Below are positions 18,611 to 27,706 of a DNA stretch of 64,000 nt, one piece after another. Source of the DNA: an uncultured Bacillales bacterium (GTDB lineage: Bacteria; Bacillota_I; Bacilli_A; RFN20; CAG-288); the NCBI GenBank assembly GCA_937874465.1, contig CALNAX010000016.1, positions 8,992-72,991 on the forward strand. The letters are read 5' to 3'. The translations under genes were made by a program, and so were the position numbers. Within the stretch, counting starts at the first letter, position 1; each line of letters begins with the position of its first letter. The notes beneath the pieces were generated by a model. The model was not told the origin of the DNA, did not search any database, and saw only the letters and a list, made by a program, of their open reading frames with translations.

Positions 18611-18637
18611 ATTATAGCAACTGCCGGTTCTTGGCAA
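18611..18637 (-). promoter_or_regulatory. Promoter of the three-gene cassette (extended -10 type)
   Basis: Minus strand: TTGCCA - 15 nt (ending TGc) - TATAAT, in the 56-nt gap after the pseudouridine synthase gene. Confidence 0.4.
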
Positions 18638-18638
18638 A

Positions 18639-19628
18639 CTAACCCAGTTGATCGAGGATTTCCTTTAGCTTGGCAGGCAAAGGGGCCTCAAAGGCCCTTC
18701 CGGATAGGTATGACAAAGGCCCGGAGGGATTCAGGAAGGAGAAGGAGGCGGCATGGAGGAATTGGTAATGGAGGCCATAAAGATCGTCGAATTCCTTGTT
18801 GACCTTGAAGTCACCGTATTTGCCATCCCCCACCACCGGGTGGGAAATAAAGGCGAAATGGGCCCTGATCTGATGGGTCCTTCCGGTCAGTAGGTGAACC
18901 TTTACCAAGGAGAAGTCGGAATAGGCCTTGATCCTTTGGTATTCGGTAATGGCGGTCTTTCCGCCTTGCTTTAGGGTGCTCTTATATACCATTCCCCGTT
19001 CGGGGTCTTTCTTGAGTGGGATATCAATCCGTCCCTCTTCATCGATTTGGCCTTTCACCAAGGCGATATAGGTCTTGTCGATTTGGTCGCGCTCCCTGAA
19101 GAGACGGAGGAGTTCCTGAATGGCCATAAGATTCTTGCCGCATATGACCACACCCGAGGTATTGCGATCAAGGCGATGAGCCGGCCCCGGAAGGAAGCCG
19201 AAGGACTTCGTGGGATCGAATTCGCCTTTTTCCTTTAGATACTCCAGGAAGATAGAGGCGAGCGTCATCCTCGTGTCACCATCCGATTGGACTATCAAGC
19301 CGGCTGGTTTGTTGACCACCAAGATGTTGGTATCCTCATAGAGGATATCCAATTTGGCCTTCACGGGCCTTATGACGTAATCCTTCTTGAACTTGTCAAG
19401 AAGCTGGGGTTTAAGGTAGATGTCTATCCTGTCCCCGTCTTGGAGGATGTAGTCTATCTTGGCCTTCTTGCCGTTAACCTTAACGTCTTTTTGCCGGAAC
19501 AGCTTGTATATGAAAGACAGGGGGGCTTCCTTGATCCACCGCCTTACGAACTTGTCGATACGTTGGTTGGCCTCGGCCGAAGTTATCGTTATTTCCATGT
19601 TTCGCAAAAGATGATAAGTCTTTTGCAC
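18639..19628 (-). CDS. RluA-family 23S rRNA pseudouridine synthase (S4 domain + catalytic domain)
   Basis: Catalytic motif HRLDRNTSGVVI and an S4-like N-terminus. The GTG start at 19628 is uncertain; an ATG at 19598 (MEITITSAEANQRIDKF) is equally plausible. Confidence 0.85.
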   Translation of the reverse strand: MQKTYHLLRNMEITITSAEANQRIDKFVRRWIKEAPLSFIYKLFRQKDVKVNGKKAKIDYILQDGDRIDIYLKPQLLDKFKKDYVIRPVKAKLDILYEDTNILVVNKPAGLIVQSDGDTRMTLASIFLEYLKEKGEFDPTKSFGFLPGPAHRLDRNTSGVVICGKNLMAIQELLRLFRERDQIDKTYIALVKGQIDEEGRIDIPLKKDPERGMVYKSTLKQGGKTAITEYQRIKAYSDFSLVKVHLLTGRTHQIRAHFAFISHPVVGDGKYGDFKVNKEFDDLYGLHYQFLHAASFSFLNPSGPLSYLSGRAFEAPLPAKLKEILDQLG

Positions 19629-19705
19629 CCCATTTAAAACATTGTTGCCATCGGCCTATTTCAAAGGCTGTCCAAGCAAGCCCGATGCGAAAGTTACTTT
19701 TTCCC

Positions 19706-19735
19706 TTGTCAGTTTGGCTTGAGGCTTACTATAAT
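19706..19735 (+). promoter_or_regulatory. Sigma-70-type promoter for tRNA-Ser
   Basis: TTGTCA - 18 nt - TATAAT, ending about 10 nt before the tRNA 5-prime end. Confidence 0.55.
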
Positions 19736-19745
19736 AACGTCCGCT

Positions 19746-19836
19746 GGAGCGATACCCAAGTGGTTGAAGGGGCGGGCTTGGAAAGCTCGTAGTGACCGAA
19801 AGGCCAGCGGGAGTTCAAATCTCCCTCGCTCCGCCA
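19746..19836 (+). tRNA. tRNA-Ser (anticodon GGA)
   Basis: 91 nt, class II tRNA. Acceptor GGAGCGA/TCGCTCC, anticodon loop TTGGAAA, long variable arm, T arm GGGAG-TTCAAAT-CTCCC, encoded CCA. Confidence 0.9.
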
Positions 19837-19850
19837 GTTATTTGAAAAAG

Positions 19851-19878
19851 AAAAGCGGGTTCAACCCCGCTCTTTTTC
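19851..19878. terminator. Bidirectional terminator between tRNA-Ser and rarA
   Basis: AGCGGG-ttcaac-CCCGCT, flanked by GAAAAAGAAA upstream and CTTTTTC downstream. The genes are convergent. Confidence 0.6.
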
Positions 19879-19891
19879 GTATGAGGTCTCC

Positions 19892-21169
19892 TTAGAACTT
19901 TGGCCCGTTCTTCGCCTTCACGGCCGCAATGTCGGTCGAGCGCTTGATCTTGTTCAACTCCTTGAGGTTCTCGGCCAAGGCCCTTTCATAGCGCCCGTTG
20001 TACCACGGGTAGTAGAAATGGAGGTCTTCCAATCCCTCCGGGAGGTATTCGATCTTGTCCCATACGTCGGGTCGGTCGTAAGGATAAGAAGCCTCCTTGG
20101 AAAGACCGACTGGATGAAGCTTTACGTATTCCCTGACGTGGACGGGCACATTCGAGACTGATGAAGTGGCCTTCTCAATGGCAAGGCAGGCGGATTTGGA
20201 TTTGGGGGACAGGGCCAGGTCCACAACCGTGAAACCCAATGGGATCTGGGCTTCGGGGAACCCCACTTCCCTAGCCACCTGGCAGGCGTTATAGCAGCGA
20301 TCAACGGCCTGGGGATTGGCAAGCCCGACATCCTCGTAGGCCGTTACCATTAGTCTCCGTATTAGCCCTTCCAGGTCCCCGCCCTGAATCAGTTTTGCCA
20401 GGTAGAACAAAGCCGCATCCACTTCGGAACCCCTTATGGATTTCTGAAGGCCAGAGACCGTGTTGTAATGCTCGTCTTCATCCTTGTCCGACAAAAAGTT
20501 TGGCACCGCCTTTACCGACTTGACATCGTCTTGGGTGATTGGATGGTTCGCCGGGAAAGCCAGGGACAACGTCTCGAGAAGATTGTACGCAAAGCGAAGG
20601 TCCCCTCCTGAAAGCGAGGCTATTAGGTTTAGCGATTCATTGTCGAAACTACGTTTCCCATCCAGGCCTTTTGGATCAAAGATGGCTCTTTTGAGACCCT
20701 CCACTATGTCGTCTTTGCCCAATGGCTTTGTCTCCAGGACGTGGACCCGCGAGCGCAAGGCTGGGTTGATGGAAATGAAGGGGTTGGCCGTGGTGGTCCC
20801 CACCACGAAGAAGTCGCCATCTTCCAGCTCCGGTAGCAGGAGGTCCTGCTTGTCCTTGGGAAGGCGATGGATTTCGTCGATGACAACCAGGGTCGGGAAT
20901 TGGGCCTTGGCCAGGTTGAAGTCCTTTATCATGTCTGCTTTCGAGGTCAAGACGGCATTCATGGCGATGACGGGGATCTTCATGTCGTTTCCGAGGGCGA
21001 AGGCCATGGTTGTCTTTCCGGTTCCCGACGGTCCATAAAGAATCATCGACACCAAGGAGTTGGTGCGAACGCAATTGGTAAGGAAGCCATTGTCACCGAC
21101 CAACTCTTTTTGGCCCAGCACCTCTTTCAAAGAGCCAGGCCTCATCCTATACGCCAAAGGCCTATCCAT
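19892..21169 (-). CDS. rarA: Replication-associated recombination protein A (AAA+ ATPase)
   Basis: 425 aa. Walker A GPSGTGKTT, Walker B VVIDEIHRL, MgsA-type C-terminal domain. Confidence 0.9.
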   Translation of the reverse strand: MDRPLAYRMRPGSLKEVLGQKELVGDNGFLTNCVRTNSLVSMILYGPSGTGKTTMAFALGNDMKIPVIAMNAVLTSKADMIKDFNLAKAQFPTLVVIDEIHRLPKDKQDLLLPELEDGDFFVVGTTTANPFISINPALRSRVHVLETKPLGKDDIVEGLKRAIFDPKGLDGKRSFDNESLNLIASLSGGDLRFAYNLLETLSLAFPANHPITQDDVKSVKAVPNFLSDKDEDEHYNTVSGLQKSIRGSEVDAALFYLAKLIQGGDLEGLIRRLMVTAYEDVGLANPQAVDRCYNACQVAREVGFPEAQIPLGFTVVDLALSPKSKSACLAIEKATSSVSNVPVHVREYVKLHPVGLSKEASYPYDRPDVWDKIEYLPEGLEDLHFYYPWYNGRYERALAENLKELNKIKRSTDIAAVKAKNGPKF

Positions 21170-21239
21170 TATGTTTACCCTCTTTGTATATATTCTATAG
21201 TGTTTGGAAAAATTGCCGATGATTAAAGGATGGTAAAAA

Positions 21240-21716
21240 ATGAGACTCTTGATTCAGGAAGCCAGGGACGCCAAGGTAACCGTAGATGGGAAGACGGTTG
21301 GTCAAATTGACAAGGGTGAGGTAGTCTTGGTCGGCTTTACCAACGGGGACGACGAAGGGATTGTCGATAGAATGGTCGACAAGTTGCTCAAGATCAGGAT
21401 CTTTCCCGATGAAAAGGGCCTGACCAATGTGAATCTCGCATCCTTCGGTGGCAATGTGTTGGCAGTCAGCCAATTCACCCTCTATGCGGATATGAGTCAA
21501 GGCAATAGGCCTTCCTTCAACAAGTGCCTGCCCAAAGAGCAAGCCAAACCCCTGTTTGATCGCTTTTCCGCTACAATCAAGCAGAAGTTGCCCCAGGTTC
21601 AGTTCGGGATTTTCCATGCCGACATGCTAGTTACTTTCACCAATGTCGGCCCCTTCACGATCCTCTTGGATTCCGAAGAACTGGGATACGGGAAGGAAAA
21701 GGGCGATGGCCATTAA
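21240..21716 (+). CDS. dtd: D-aminoacyl-tRNA deacylase
   Basis: 158 aa. SQFTLYAD, GIFHADM and FTNVGPFT match the Dtd motifs SQFTL, GxFGAxM and NDGPVT. Confidence 0.9.
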   Translation: MRLLIQEARDAKVTVDGKTVGQIDKGEVVLVGFTNGDDEGIVDRMVDKLLKIRIFPDEKGLTNVNLASFGGNVLAVSQFTLYADMSQGNRPSFNKCLPKEQAKPLFDRFSATIKQKLPQVQFGIFHADMLVTFTNVGPFTILLDSEELGYGKEKGDGH

Positions 21717-22899
21717 GGTCTTGATGGGTTTCTCCGGAGGCGTGGATTCTTCCGTTGCGGCATACCTTCTTAAAAGGCAAGGCTACGATGTCACCGGCTG
21801 TTTCATGAGAAACTGGGATTCCATAGCGAACAACGACATAAAGGGGAATCCCACTTTGGGTGGCTCGAAATGCTCGCAGGAAATCGATTATGACTACGCG
21901 GTAAAGGCTGCTTCCGTTTTGGGCATCCCCCTCCTTAGGAAGGACTTCATAGACGTCTATTGGGACAAAGTCTTCGAAGCGTTCATAGATGGCCTTAAGA
22001 AGGGCTTGACCCCTAATCCAGATGTCTTTTGCAACCGCTTCGTGAAGTTCGGCAGCTTCCTCAGGTTTGCCAAGGACAAGGGGTTCGACATGATCGCCAT
22101 GGGCCATTACGCAAAAAGGGTCGAGGTCGATGGCAAGGCTTGTCTTGCCATTCCCAAGGATCACGAAAAGGACCAGACCTATTTCCTGTGTCTTACCACA
22201 AAGGAGCAGATCGCTTCTTGTCTGTTCCCCCTGTATGACATGACCAAAGTTGAGGTCAGGAAGGTGGCTGGCGAACTTGGGCTTCCCAATGCCAACAAAC
22301 ATGGCTCCACTGGTGTTTGCTTTATCGGGGAACGCAATTTCCGCCCCTTCCTTGAGAATTACATTTCCCCCAGGAAAGGCGATATAATCGACTTGGTGTC
22401 CGGAAAGAAGGTTGGGGAACATGAAGGCGCCTATTTCTATGCCATCGGTCAGCACAAGGGACTCAACATCGGTGGGAGGCAAGGCTTTGCCGACGAGCCA
22501 TTCTTCGTGGTCGCGAAGGACGTTACGGACAACGTGGTCTATGTGGCCCAACAAGAGGGGAACGAATGGCGTTTCTCCTATGGCTGCACCCTTTCGCATT
22601 TCAACTGGATTGGGCCGAGGCCTTTCTCCGAGGTAGGTGATTGCCTATGCAAATTCCGCTATAGGTCCAAGGCCTTGCCAGTCAGGCTCACCATAGCTTC
22701 CGATGGCAGGCAAGCCCGCCTTTCGTACGACGCCTATGAATATATTGCGCCAGGACAGATTGCCTGCCTTTATGATGCGAATGGCATTTGCCTAGGCGGT
22801 GGAGTCATAGAAGATACTTTCGGCAAGGATGGCGTGAATACTTTCGAGGCCGTATCGAAAGCCATTGGCAAGGAGATGAAAAATGAAAAAGAAGCTTAA
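21706..22899 (+). CDS. mnmA: tRNA-specific 2-thiouridylase
   Basis: Start at MAIKVLMGFSGGVDSSVAAYLL (PP-loop SGGVDS). 11-nt overlap with dtd. The ORF-track start at 21643 lies inside dtd. Confidence 0.9.
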   Translation: MAIKVLMGFSGGVDSSVAAYLLKRQGYDVTGCFMRNWDSIANNDIKGNPTLGGSKCSQEIDYDYAVKAASVLGIPLLRKDFIDVYWDKVFEAFIDGLKKGLTPNPDVFCNRFVKFGSFLRFAKDKGFDMIAMGHYAKRVEVDGKACLAIPKDHEKDQTYFLCLTTKEQIASCLFPLYDMTKVEVRKVAGELGLPNANKHGSTGVCFIGERNFRPFLENYISPRKGDIIDLVSGKKVGEHEGAYFYAIGQHKGLNIGGRQGFADEPFFVVAKDVTDNVVYVAQQEGNEWRFSYGCTLSHFNWIGPRPFSEVGDCLCKFRYRSKALPVRLTIASDGRQARLSYDAYEYIAPGQIACLYDANGICLGGGVIEDTFGKDGVNTFEAVSKAIGKEMKNEKEA

Positions 22900-24589
22900 G
22901 TTCCTGAGTTGTGGGGTCTTTGTATTTTCGCTTGCCCTGACATCGTGCGATTTCCCTGCCTTCTTTGATTCGGCAAGCGACGATGTTTCGTCATCTTCGA
23001 CTTATGGCTCCCAGTCGAGTACCGAGGACAGCAATGGGGATATGACCTATGGTGATTTCTCTTCCGGTTCGAGTCTATCCCTCTATGGCAAGATGTCGGA
23101 GACGCAAGACATCGAGGTGATGCCCTCTTTGGGCTCGCCGCGGATCTTCGTGGCCAAAGTGGAATTCAAGGATTCTGATGATGATCTCGGCGGCTTCGAC
23201 AGTTCGAGTTACCAAAACAGTTACACCGGGTCCGTCTTCCATGCCGACTGGGACGATGTGATCTATGACGGCTTTTTCGGCGATGACTCCGATACCGGCT
23301 GGCAGTCCGTGCGTTCTTTCTACAAGGAATCTAGTTATGGCAAGCTAAATATCGAGGGAACCTTGGCTGACACCGTCTACGTCACCCCCAAGACACTTTC
23401 CCAGTACGAAAGCAGCGGGACGTCCGTTGAGGTGATAACCTCCGATATCGCCGAAGGAGTATATGAGGAGTTCTTTGGCGGGAGCGGGACCGTCTATAAC
23501 GGCCGGGATTACGATTCCGATGGCGATGGTGTCATCGATGGCCTTTGGCTGGTCTATGACTTGCCCTACGATGCGAGCGAGAGCGACTTGCTTTGGGCGT
23601 TCACTTCTTGGCATGTGGATGACAGTGGCTACATAGACACGACGGGCTTCTCCACCTATGGCTGGGCCAGCAAATGGTTCTTTGCCGACGGGGGGTATCT
23701 GGACTCGGATAACGATTTGCTTGCCGATTCGCACACGTTCATACACGAGACGGGGCACTTCATGGGGCTTTTGGACATGTACGACACGTCCAGTACCCAG
23801 AAAGGCCGTAGCCCGGCCGGCGCCTTGATAATGATGGATCACAATGTCTATGACCAAGACCCTTATTCCAAATACATGCTGGGTTGGATCGACCCCCGGC
23901 GGATCTCGGTAAACGATTTGACCGGAGACAGCGCGAGCTTGACCCTGGAACCGTTTGAGGAAAGCGGGGATGCCTTGATAGTCGATCTTCCCGACAACAC
24001 CGGCTGGGAGGGCGAGGAATACCTGCTGGTGATCTATTGGACTCCCACCGGCCTTAACGAGAAAGACGCCAGCGAGGAATACGAAGACGAAGCGACTAAC
24101 TATGGCTTGACCGAGTCGGGCATGATGGTTTTCCATGTCGATTCAAGATTCATGGAGTACGGATATAGTGCGATCGGGAATAACTTCGTCCCAACCGGGG
24201 ACTTTGCCTCCTCGGCCACCGATATAGATGAGGCCTGGGAGGATAGAGGCAAAACCACCAGCACCGTTTATACCTCGGCCTATGACAACTCCAGCGATGT
24301 CGACAACCTGACGACCAACGTCAATGACGTATTGCTGCTCATGATAGATGCCTCGAACAACTACGCGAACATGACCAGGGGCGCGAATTACACCACGGCC
24401 GGGACTGCCGACAACGATTACCTCTTCAGGGAAGGTGACAAGTACGACGATAGCTATCTCGGCTATAAATCCCAAAGTGGCTTCACCGAAAAATTCCATA
24501 AGTCCACTTCTTCTGATCCGCTGGGTCTCTCCCTGACCTTCGGAACCCAGGACTCGAACGGGGCCGAGATAACCTTCGACAAGGATTAG
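22883..24589 (+). CDS. Lipoprotein, M6-like (InhA-type) zinc metalloprotease
   Basis: Signal peptide with lipobox MKKKLKFLSCGVFVFSLALTSC. S/D-rich linker. HExxH in HTFIHETGHFMGLLDMYD resembles the M6 family HEfGHxLGLPDxY. AAGGAG SD. 17-nt overlap with mnmA. Confidence 0.75.
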   Translation: MKKKLKFLSCGVFVFSLALTSCDFPAFFDSASDDVSSSSTYGSQSSTEDSNGDMTYGDFSSGSSLSLYGKMSETQDIEVMPSLGSPRIFVAKVEFKDSDDDLGGFDSSSYQNSYTGSVFHADWDDVIYDGFFGDDSDTGWQSVRSFYKESSYGKLNIEGTLADTVYVTPKTLSQYESSGTSVEVITSDIAEGVYEEFFGGSGTVYNGRDYDSDGDGVIDGLWLVYDLPYDASESDLLWAFTSWHVDDSGYIDTTGFSTYGWASKWFFADGGYLDSDNDLLADSHTFIHETGHFMGLLDMYDTSSTQKGRSPAGALIMMDHNVYDQDPYSKYMLGWIDPRRISVNDLTGDSASLTLEPFEESGDALIVDLPDNTGWEGEEYLLVIYWTPTGLNEKDASEEYEDEATNYGLTESGMMVFHVDSRFMEYGYSAIGNNFVPTGDFASSATDIDEAWEDRGKTTSTVYTSAYDNSSDVDNLTTNVNDVLLLMIDASNNYANMTRGANYTTAGTADNDYLFREGDKYDDSYLGYKSQSGFTEKFHKSTSSDPLGLSLTFGTQDSNGAEITFDKD

Positions 24590-25482
24590 TCTTTCTTATA
24601 CCAGAGGGGGATTGGATCGGCGAAAGAGGAGAAGTCGGATACCAACTTGGCGAATTTGGCTTCGGCTTCTTCGCTTTTGCCCTTGGCGCAAAGCTCCACG
24701 TCCTCCTTCAATACTTCCAGGGCCGAATAGAAAGCCAAGGCAATGAAGAATCTGGCGGGTGGGTTGCCTTTGAAATAGGAATCCATCAGCGCTTTTGCAA
24801 AGGCGGGATAATCTTTCGCGCATTCGGTTTCGAGAGAGGAAAAGTCATAGAACGGTTCGAAGATGCCACTGTTCATGAAGTTAATGAAGCCTATCTTGCC
24901 ATCGCTTTTCAATACTATGTGCCGTGGCAAGAGACTGCCATGCACGTAGGACTGGCCGTTTCCGTACATGACGTCATGCATATTGGCAAGGATATAGGAT
25001 ATCGTCTCCTTCTCTCCCGGAAGGTAGAGGGCCAGGTCTATGTAAGCGGAAATGGTCTTCTTGAAGGAGACCTCGTAGGAATCGATATCCCCAAGGCTTT
25101 CGGGCGTCAGGGAATGGATGGCGGCAAGCAGCTCGCCAACCGCTGCTCCCAGGGATTCCTGCTCTTTTCTGCTGGCCTTGGGAAGGACCGTGTCCAGCGA
25201 ATGCCCTTCGGTATAGGAAACGACAAGGGTTGCCGAGTCAACAGTCTTGGTAAGGTAGTAGGCCTTTGGTATCCCCTTCTCATCAAGGGAGGCCAGATCG
25301 TTTAGGGAATTGTAGACTTGCTGGTATTTGGGATATAGGATCGGCTTCCCGACGCGCATCAAAAAGGAACTCCCGTCTTTCATCTTTAGCCAGTACTTGC
25401 GCTCCTGGGGATTGGTGAGGCCAAGTGCTACGACACGTTCGGCATGACTCTTTAAATCCGAAAAATCCATAATGTTTTCCAC
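24586..25482 (-). CDS. APH/choline-kinase-fold phosphotransferase family protein with substituted catalytic residues
   Basis: 298 aa. The fold-defining region reads YVHGSLLPRHIVLKSDGKIGFINFMNSG where the family has HGDlhpgN...iDf. Confidence 0.65.
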   Translation of the reverse strand: MENIMDFSDLKSHAERVVALGLTNPQERKYWLKMKDGSSFLMRVGKPILYPKYQQVYNSLNDLASLDEKGIPKAYYLTKTVDSATLVVSYTEGHSLDTVLPKASRKEQESLGAAVGELLAAIHSLTPESLGDIDSYEVSFKKTISAYIDLALYLPGEKETISYILANMHDVMYGNGQSYVHGSLLPRHIVLKSDGKIGFINFMNSGIFEPFYDFSSLETECAKDYPAFAKALMDSYFKGNPPARFFIALAFYSALEVLKEDVELCAKGKSEEAEAKFAKLVSDFSSFADPIPLWYKKD

Positions 25483-25567
25483 AGGGATTTTAATTTATTT
25501 TCGCCTTAGGTGGGAGAGAATGTCTCGGCAGTTGGTTTAGAATGAATGCTATTGGTGGGAGGAGCGA

Positions 25568-25834
25568 ATGGAGATAGCGATAATAATAATCGGCGCCATC
25601 TTTGCCATGGCTTGCCTTTATACCCTCGTTTATCGCCTGCATCACATCGGTAATTTCCTCACCGGAAAGGTGATCGAGTTTTCCTGTTTGCCGCTCGGGA
25701 TCATCGAAGCCTCTTTGTTCGCGGCGGCGGCCTACTTCAAGGATTCCTACCTGTTCTGGGCCATGATCCTGGTCCTGATCGGCCTCTGTCTGCTTTTGGT
25801 ATCGGTAGGTGTAAGATGGCTCAAAAGGAAGTAA
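25568..25834 (+). CDS. Small hypothetical membrane protein (about 3 TM)
   Basis: 88 aa, hydrophobic. Strong SD GGGAGGAG 4-5 nt upstream of the ATG. Lies immediately upstream of the ABC exporter pair. Confidence 0.55.
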   Translation: MEIAIIIIGAIFAMACLYTLVYRLHHIGNFLTGKVIEFSCLPLGIIEASLFAAAAYFKDSYLFWAMILVLIGLCLLLVSVGVRWLKRK

Positions 25835-25882
25835 AATATGACGCTTAGTGAGCCATGATGGTTTCTATCTTTGGGAGTGTGT

Positions 25883-27706
25883 ATGGTAATTGGCAGAAGA
25901 ATCAATAAATATTATCGCAAATACTGGTACTTGTTCTTGCTCGGCGCGCTGTTTTTGGCTACTGTTGATATTTCCCAGTTGTTCATCCCACTTATCATGG
26001 GCGACTTCGTGGGAGCCTTGACCTCGAATTCCGACCCCGATTTCTATTCCTTCGGATTGGTTTGGTCCGGCAGTTGGTTCGAGTTCAACGTCGGCTACAT
26101 CCTCCTTGCCATCGGGGTCATCGGCTTTGTCATAACCTTTGGGCGCATCGGTTGGCGTCTGACGCTTTCAAGGGTCGGTTTCCTTATTGAGTGCGACCTG
26201 CGCGAGGAACTGTTCAACCACACCGAGGGTCTGCCTGTCTCCTGGTTTGCCAAGGAGAAGGTCGGTGGCCTGATGGCCTACTTCACCAACGATTTGGAGG
26301 ATATAAGTTCTTCCTTCTCCCAAGGCATGCTTTACCTGATTGACGCCACGGTCTTGGGACTGTCATCGCTGGCCTTCATGTTCTATACCCATTGGGTATT
26401 GGCTTTGCTTTGTCTGGCTCCGCTCATCGCCATGGGGGTATCGGGCTATTTGATAATGAAAGGTGAGACGAACCTTTGGGCCAAGAGCCAGCAAGCCTTC
26501 CAGAACATGTCGGACATGGCCCAGGAATCCATCTCCGGTCTTTCGGTCATAAAGGCCTTCGTAAGGGAAGGACGGGAGATGCAAAGGTTCGCCGACTCAA
26601 ACGGAAAGCTTAAACTAGCCAATATCAAGTACTTCCATTTCTCGCAACTCTATGGCAATTGCTGGATAAACATCCTCATTTACTCTACCGTAGTGATCAT
26701 ACTGGCGGTGGGGGCTTACTTTGCGGTAACCCCCGATCTTGTCTTCCCGGGAATCGCCGCCTTCTCCGATACCAATACTGCGGCGGCCATGCTGACCAAG
26801 TTCTTCGGCTACTACAGCTCCATGATCTGGCCCTTGATGGCCTTGACACTCTTGATCGATTTGGGCTCGAGGGGCAAGGCTTCCCTTAACCGCGTCTCCA
26901 GGATCCTCGATACCGACAGCGATCTAAAGGATTCACCCTCTTTGTATTCCGGAAAGGTCCAGGGTGATATCGAATACCGCCATCTGACCTTTGCCTATCC
27001 TGACGATACCGATTCGCCAGTCCTTAAGGACATAAGCTTCAAGGTCAAGGCCGGTGAGGGCATCGGGATAGTGGGCAGGACTGGAAGCGGAAAATCCTCA
27101 TTGCTCACGCTTCTCCTTAAGCTTTACAACGTTCCCCGGGGGATGGTCTTCATCGATGGCCGGGATATCAACGACTGGTATGGGAAGGCCTTGAGGACCC
27201 ACATGGGCTTTGTCTCCCAGGATGCCTTCCTATTCTCCGAGACCATAGCTGGCAACATTGCGTTCGGTCACAAAGGCGCCACGGCAGACGAAATATACAA
27301 CGCGGCGAAGTTCGCCGACGTGGACGAGAACATCCGAGAACTTCCCGAAGGCTATGACACCTTGGTGGGAGAGCGGGGCAAGGCCGTTTCCGGCGGCCAG
27401 AGGCAAAGGATTTCGATGTCTAGGGCCGTGATAAGGGATCCTGCGGTCTTGGTACTGGATGATTCCGTTTCGGCCGTGGATGCCATCACCGAGAAGGACA
27501 TCTTGGCCAACATCAAGGAAAAGCGGCGGGGGAAGACCACCTTCGTGATCTCCTCGAGGCTTTCGGCTGTCGAGAACCTCGATGCCATAATCGTCTTGGA
27601 TCATGGTTCCCTGGCGGGCTTTGGGACTCACGAAGAACTATTGAAGGACTGCCCGGTCTACAGGAAACTGTATGACCTGCAGATGCTTCAGAAGGAGTTG
27701 GCATGA
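25883..27706 (+). CDS. ABC exporter, fused permease/ATPase subunit (heterodimer partner 1)
   Basis: Six-TM exporter domain plus NBD: Walker A GRTGSGKSS, signature VSGGQRQR, Walker B VLVLDDSVSAVD. ATG at 25883 preferred (GGGAG SD). Confidence 0.9.
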   Translation: MVIGRRINKYYRKYWYLFLLGALFLATVDISQLFIPLIMGDFVGALTSNSDPDFYSFGLVWSGSWFEFNVGYILLAIGVIGFVITFGRIGWRLTLSRVGFLIECDLREELFNHTEGLPVSWFAKEKVGGLMAYFTNDLEDISSSFSQGMLYLIDATVLGLSSLAFMFYTHWVLALLCLAPLIAMGVSGYLIMKGETNLWAKSQQAFQNMSDMAQESISGLSVIKAFVREGREMQRFADSNGKLKLANIKYFHFSQLYGNCWINILIYSTVVIILAVGAYFAVTPDLVFPGIAAFSDTNTAAAMLTKFFGYYSSMIWPLMALTLLIDLGSRGKASLNRVSRILDTDSDLKDSPSLYSGKVQGDIEYRHLTFAYPDDTDSPVLKDISFKVKAGEGIGIVGRTGSGKSSLLTLLLKLYNVPRGMVFIDGRDINDWYGKALRTHMGFVSQDAFLFSETIAGNIAFGHKGATADEIYNAAKFADVDENIRELPEGYDTLVGERGKAVSGGQRQRISMSRAVIRDPAVLVLDDSVSAVDAITEKDILANIKEKRRGKTTFVISSRLSAVENLDAIIVLDHGSLAGFGTHEELLKDCPVYRKLYDLQMLQKELA

